DNA from: Podarcis muralis
Lineage: Eukaryota
Assembly (NCBI RefSeq): GCF_964188315.1
Contig: NC_135660.1
Coordinates: forward strand, 79,670,001 to 79,734,000
Direction of reading: 5' to 3'
DNA length: 64,000 bases
Shown here: in pieces, positions 59,737 through 64,000 of the stretch
Numbering within the stretch: position 1 is the stretch's first letter
Layout of the letters: each line of letters opens with the position of its first letter
The notes under the pieces: model-generated
The model's input: the letters and a program-made list of their open reading frames with translations, nothing else
Database searches by the model: none
Told to the model about the DNA's origin: nothing
Made by a program: the position numbers and the translations under genes

Positions 59737-59840
59737 CAGTGCTATTTTTCACGGAACTCACCATGAACACCTCTCTCATTCTCTTAGAATGGCAGTGGCG
59801 CCCACCTGGGAAGTGCCAGCTGAAGAAAAACAAAGCCCTG
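59737..59840. mobile_element. hAT-type MITE (same family as 4072/9460, inverted, internally deleted)
   Basis: cagtgctatttt../..aaagccctg; exact TSD gttgaaac. Confidence 0.85.
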
Positions 59841-60482
59841 GTTGAAACCCTAACAAATGCTAAATCACATTCCTAAACCCCTTCACTTCTGCTCCTTCAA
59901 ATCATTACCCCAAAGAAATGATGGTCTTTAAAATATTTTTCATTGTCCCATGGAGTCTTGAGCTGTGCTTGCCAGCTATTTGCTGAACATTGCAATTTGA
60001 CAGTAAAACGGAGTGTTTTGCAAATCTTTATTTTTGCTATGACTAAATCAAGACTCGTTCAATACTTGCTTGAGCTGACAAGCAAACAAAGAGCCTCCTG
60101 GCAGTCACAGAGGCAATGGATTGAAAACTTTAATAATGTATATGGGAGAGTGTAAGAAAACAAACTTACACATTCCCTGGGGATGACTTTTTTCCCCTTT
60201 TCATTTTACTGGATTCTGTCACTATCTCTTATTCAAAGATCTTAATTGGAAATAGGATGTGTTTCTTGATATGCTGTACTCTGATTCAGAAAATGGTTGT
60301 AGGTGATTTTTCACACGCCGTAAAGTTTTCTCCATGGGAGATACCACTTCAAATAAGGGAAATAAAATAGCAAACAGTGTATTGCTTATATCTCCTTCAA
60401 ACATGTCACAAAACTGAAAGGAGAGCAGTGCTTTGGGGTTTTCTTTTGGTTTGTTGGAAGTCTTCGTGCTGAAATAAATATA

Positions 60483-60706
60483 CATTCGTACCTTGGTTCT
60501 CGAACAGAATGCGTTTGGGAAGTCCGTTCGACTTCCAGAACTGTTCGAAACCAAGACGCGGCTTCTGATTGGCTGCAGGAACAAGCTGCAGCCAATCAGA
60601 AGCTGCGCCAGATGTTCGGCTTTCGAAAACACTCGCTTCCGGTTTTTGATTGTTCAGGATTCGAAACGTACGAGTTCCAAGGCGTTTTGCAACCAAGGTA
60701 CGGCTG
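60483..60706. mobile_element. Tigger-like MITE family B
   Basis: Degenerate TIRs with TA TSDs; core gcttctgattggctgcagga shared with 19436 and 50872. Confidence 0.8.
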
Positions 60707-61468
60707 TAATTGGTAAGTAAGAAGCTGAAGCAAATGTTTTCCAAAGCTGATATGCAGTTCAAAAAATGGCATCATAGGAGCCAACTCCTAGGGGCTGAGG
60801 TCCCTTCATTCCCCCATAAAATATTTGAGTGGGCCAGCCCCCCCCCAAACGTTGATATGCATTGCTATTCAAATGGAATGTGTGTGCTGTGTCATGTAAT
60901 CAGTTATGTGGGGCGGGCCTTACCTGCCCCCCCCCATATTTTATCCAAGTTGGCACCCCTGAATGGCATGCTTGACACTCTTTAAGAAATTATTGTATAC
61001 AACACACACAGCCTTTGGAGACAATGTTCAGAATAAGATGCAAATGTGCCTACTGATTAGTATGAGTTGGTTGCCTTTATATATTTTAATTGTACCTGCT
61101 TTGATTGTGTTTTCTTGGAGGAGTGGTTGGTAAATATAAAATGAACAAATGGGTGGTTGATGACACTTTGAAGCATGATGACTCTGGGAAAAACGACTAA
61201 CTGATGCAACATGAGTGCTGTTAAGTATATACGCTAAGGAAGTCTGGTTTTGACCGGGAAGAGAAAGTGTGAGTTTCAAAAGATGTTTGCATTTTAGTTC
61301 ATGTATTGTTTCAGAATGTGTGACTTAGGTAGGTAGGTTCACCTTGCTGGCCTGGCTTAACAGAAACTGGGGTGGGTAATATGGAGTAGGTTTATCTTTC
61401 CTAGGCATAAGCTTCATACATGACCGACAAAACACATATCAAGCGTACCAGAGAAGCTCAAGCAGTGC

Positions 61469-61658
61469 CATTTATTTATTTATCACAATCATTTACTTCC
61501 CATCCTTCCTCCAAGAAGCTCAAGGAAGTATACATGGGGGCTTCCCAATGTTATCCTCATAACACAGCAAGGTAGGTTAGGCTGAGAGTCACCCAGAGGG
61601 TGAGACTTTGAACCTAGGTCCTCCTTGTCCACCACTCTTTCCAATTAACACCACACTG
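61469..61658 (-). mobile_element. MIR/CORE-like SINE directly after gene 5 stop codon
   Basis: Minus strand cagtgtggtg..gacctaggttcaaa..gggtgactc..ctcagcctaacctaccttgc..(TAAA)n tail. Confidence 0.6.
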
Positions 61659-61667
61659 ATTCTGAAT

Positions 61668-62008
61668 TTAGGGGATAAAGGAAAATTCACAAACAGTGAG
61701 GAGCTTCTCTTTGCATGATGTAGAGTGCCACTTTCCATCTTTGGCAGCTTTTGTACAGTTCTTAGATCCATCAGAGTTGCTTGGTTCCCCAAATGCCCAG
61801 TTTGTGTATGCGTCAAAATTGTGGCCCGTAACATAGGCCGATTTCTCATGCCTCTTCAACACACTCTGCAAAGCGTTGGCCTCAGCCTCCTTCTTCGGAG
61901 AAGGAACATGACCGCCAGCGGCGAGACAGGTGGCACTGAGCGTTTCGAAGTCCCCTTCACCAAGATTTGTGGTGTATAACCTTTCACTGCCAGTTCCAAA
62001 ACTGCGAG
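61668..62008 (-). CDS. Gene 5 exon: degenerate CRD
   Basis: Open frame RSFGTGSERLYTTN..CLAAGG..YTNWAFGEPSN..C..GKWHSTSC..CEFSFIP*. Confidence 0.88.
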
Positions 62009-63190
62009 CTGGAAATACAGGAGACAATCATTCCAATAATTTCAAATGCTCTGCTGCTACAAGTTGGTTGATATAGACCCCAATATTCACGATGCACTAT
62101 GGAGCAACTTAAGTGAAAGACCCAAGCAGCTTACGATCTGAGATCAGATGTGGAGGACGGCAATGGAGAAGCAAAGGGCAATGCACCTTATTTAAAGAGT
62201 AGGAGGTTAAAAATTAAAACTGTTGTTGTTGTTTAGTTGTTTAGTCATGTCCGACTCTTTGTGACCCCATGGACCAGAGCACGCCAGGCACTCCTGTCTT
62301 CCACTGCCTCCCACCGTTTGGTCAAACTCAAAAATTAAAACTAGCAATGTTCTAATATGCTATGAGTCTATTTTCAGCAATTTGTAAACACGGAATCCTG
62401 TGTTACGTTGGAAATGAACAGGAACTCAGTAATGGCAGGCAAGATTGCTGAGGAAGCATTGGTTAAGCACTCAATCTGTAGCTGCAGGAGAGCTTTAGGT
62501 ACCTACCATTGGTGTCTCCTTCAGATGCTGTTTATTTTTAGTTATTAAATTTCTCCCATAATTCCTGACCATTGGCTACGCTGGCTGGGGCTGATGGGAG
62601 CCCTAGTCTATCAACAGCTGGAGGGCACTATGTTGACAGTCTCTGACCCATTCAAACCCGAGAGCATAACCCAGAATCTCTGGCAAGACACACATACCTC
62701 CCAACATTTCTCCAATGAAATAGGGACATTCTAAGGAAAAGCGGAACATTCTGGAATCTAATCAGAAAGCTGAACGGCTTCTGTAAATTTGGGACTGTCC
62801 TGGAAAATAGGGACGTCTGGACACAATGTTTCCGCAGCATAGACATTGTACCTTGGGACACTTGTTTCCTCATCAAAGTGAAAATCACTAGCCAAGACCA
62901 GGAATTATTTTTATCAACATTTCAATATTGTGATAACTCCCAAATCCTAAATACTTAAAAAAAAAAAAAAATCTTTAAAAGCTGGCAGCAAACATAACAT
63001 ACTGAGTGTAATTCTAAAGTGGACCACTTAATGGAAATCCACATTGAAAAGAATCTAGGATTCTGGGAAAGGTTTGAGGGAAATAACATACTTCCAGCTG
63101 TCTTACCTTTATGGACTGTAAAAAAAGCATTGTCTAGTGCGTCCAATTTTATTTTCAAATGGTTCACAGTTTCTTCCAAACTGTGTACTC
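61668..63190 (-). CDS. Collectin gene 5 (partial, 5' exons beyond window): neck + non-canonical C-type lectin domain
   Basis: Neck exon 63107-63190 (84 nt, cctttcag/GA..AAAG/gtaaga) splices in frame to the CRD exon 61668-62008 (341 nt, acceptor tatttccag). The CRD reads EPS..WHS..CEFSFIP* and keeps all four Cys. Confidence 0.85.
62222..62329 (-). mobile_element. Bov-B extreme 3' end (108 bp)
   Basis: 13-bp TSD aaaaattaaaact at 62209-62221 and 62330-62342; (AAC)n tail. Confidence 0.92.
63107..63190 (-). CDS. Gene 5 exon: 84-nt neck
   Basis: Encodes GVHSLEETVNHLKIKLDALDNAFFTVHK; GT-AG, phase 1. Confidence 0.88.
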
Positions 63191-64000
63191 CTGAAAGGAA
63201 AAACAGTATCACTTTCACTGGGACTTAACTCTCCAAGACAAATATCCAGGAACATTTAATATTCCTTGGGCTTGCTATCTTTTCTTTCAAAGGATTTCTA
63301 TCCATCTGAAGAAATACTATTAGCTATTATGCATGCATTATACCTATTCTCTTTGGGTATGGCATTTACTTTTAAAACTCTGAATATACACTTTTCATTC
63401 TTCAATTGGATCCCCTAAGTTCAACATATGTCTAAAGAATATATGGATCTGGCTTACGCAAAACCAGACAATTGCCCCATTTCGTGTATTAGCTATGTTA
63501 ACTGACAGTGGCTCTGGTCTAACTCTTATGAACAGTAAGTGCTAGTTAACCCTATTTCTGGATTGTCCCACTTTAGGTAAGGTCCCACACATCTGAGTGC
63601 TTATCCAAAAAGAAACATTCCTTGCACACAGAAAGCTATAAGGCAAGGCCCAGCCTTGATTTGTTGGCTTCTGTGTGCTGTGATTTGTTCATTTTTTAAA
63701 TAGTAGATCAACACCTGAGTCCCATTCTACTGTTTCTGAGATGGTACAGTCCAAACACAGGTTAACCACCCCACCAGCAGCTTTTGAGAACTAGATCTCA
63801 GGCAGAAGTCTTTGCCATCTCTATTGCCTAAGATCCCTTTTTGATTGGAGATGTCAAGAACCAAGGTTTTTGCATCGAAAGCCTGTGTTGTACCCCTGAG
63901 CTATGTCTGATCCACGTGCTTATTATACGAACGTACTTTTGTTCAAATCTTCGTCTGGGGTTGGATGTGAGCTGGTCAAAGATGTTCCCAGAAGAAGAAC

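Overview
Eukaryotic (vertebrate) DNA, almost certainly a squamate and probably a lacertid lizard. This is inferred from co-occurring Sauria SINEs, Bov-B/RTE LINEs and tRNA-headed SINEs with CR1 tails. The window holds a tandem array of five collectin (collagen + neck + C-type lectin) genes, all on the minus strand, reconstructed by hand from GT-AG boundaries and reading frame; there is no RNA evidence. Gene 1 (6063-11915, 246 aa) is SP-D-derived with a collapsed collagen and a WHD motif. Gene 2 (20137-23497, 248 aa) is MBL-like. Gene 3 (30743-36062, 241 aa) has a short collagen with a MASP-type motif and an SP-D-like CRD. Gene 4 (41029-49322, 371 aa) is a full-length 7-coding-exon SFTPD with 58 Gly-X-Y triplets. 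Gene 5 (61668-63190, 5' part outside the window) has an open but non-canonical CRD lacking the Ca2+/sugar ligands. All five have an 84-nt neck exon, and all internal introns are phase 1. The most striking signal is the MASP-docking motif PGK(A/M)GP in genes 2, 3 and also in SFTPD itself. This suggests a lizard collectin toolkit in which SP-D-type lectins may trigger complement, alongside diversified and decoy-like CRDs. Introns and spacers are rich in transposons: Bov-B, L1, L2, CR1, Sauria SINE, hAT and Tigger-like MITEs, and an apparently complete 1.1-kb non-autonomous retroelement. There is a 161-N assembly gap at 56741-56901.
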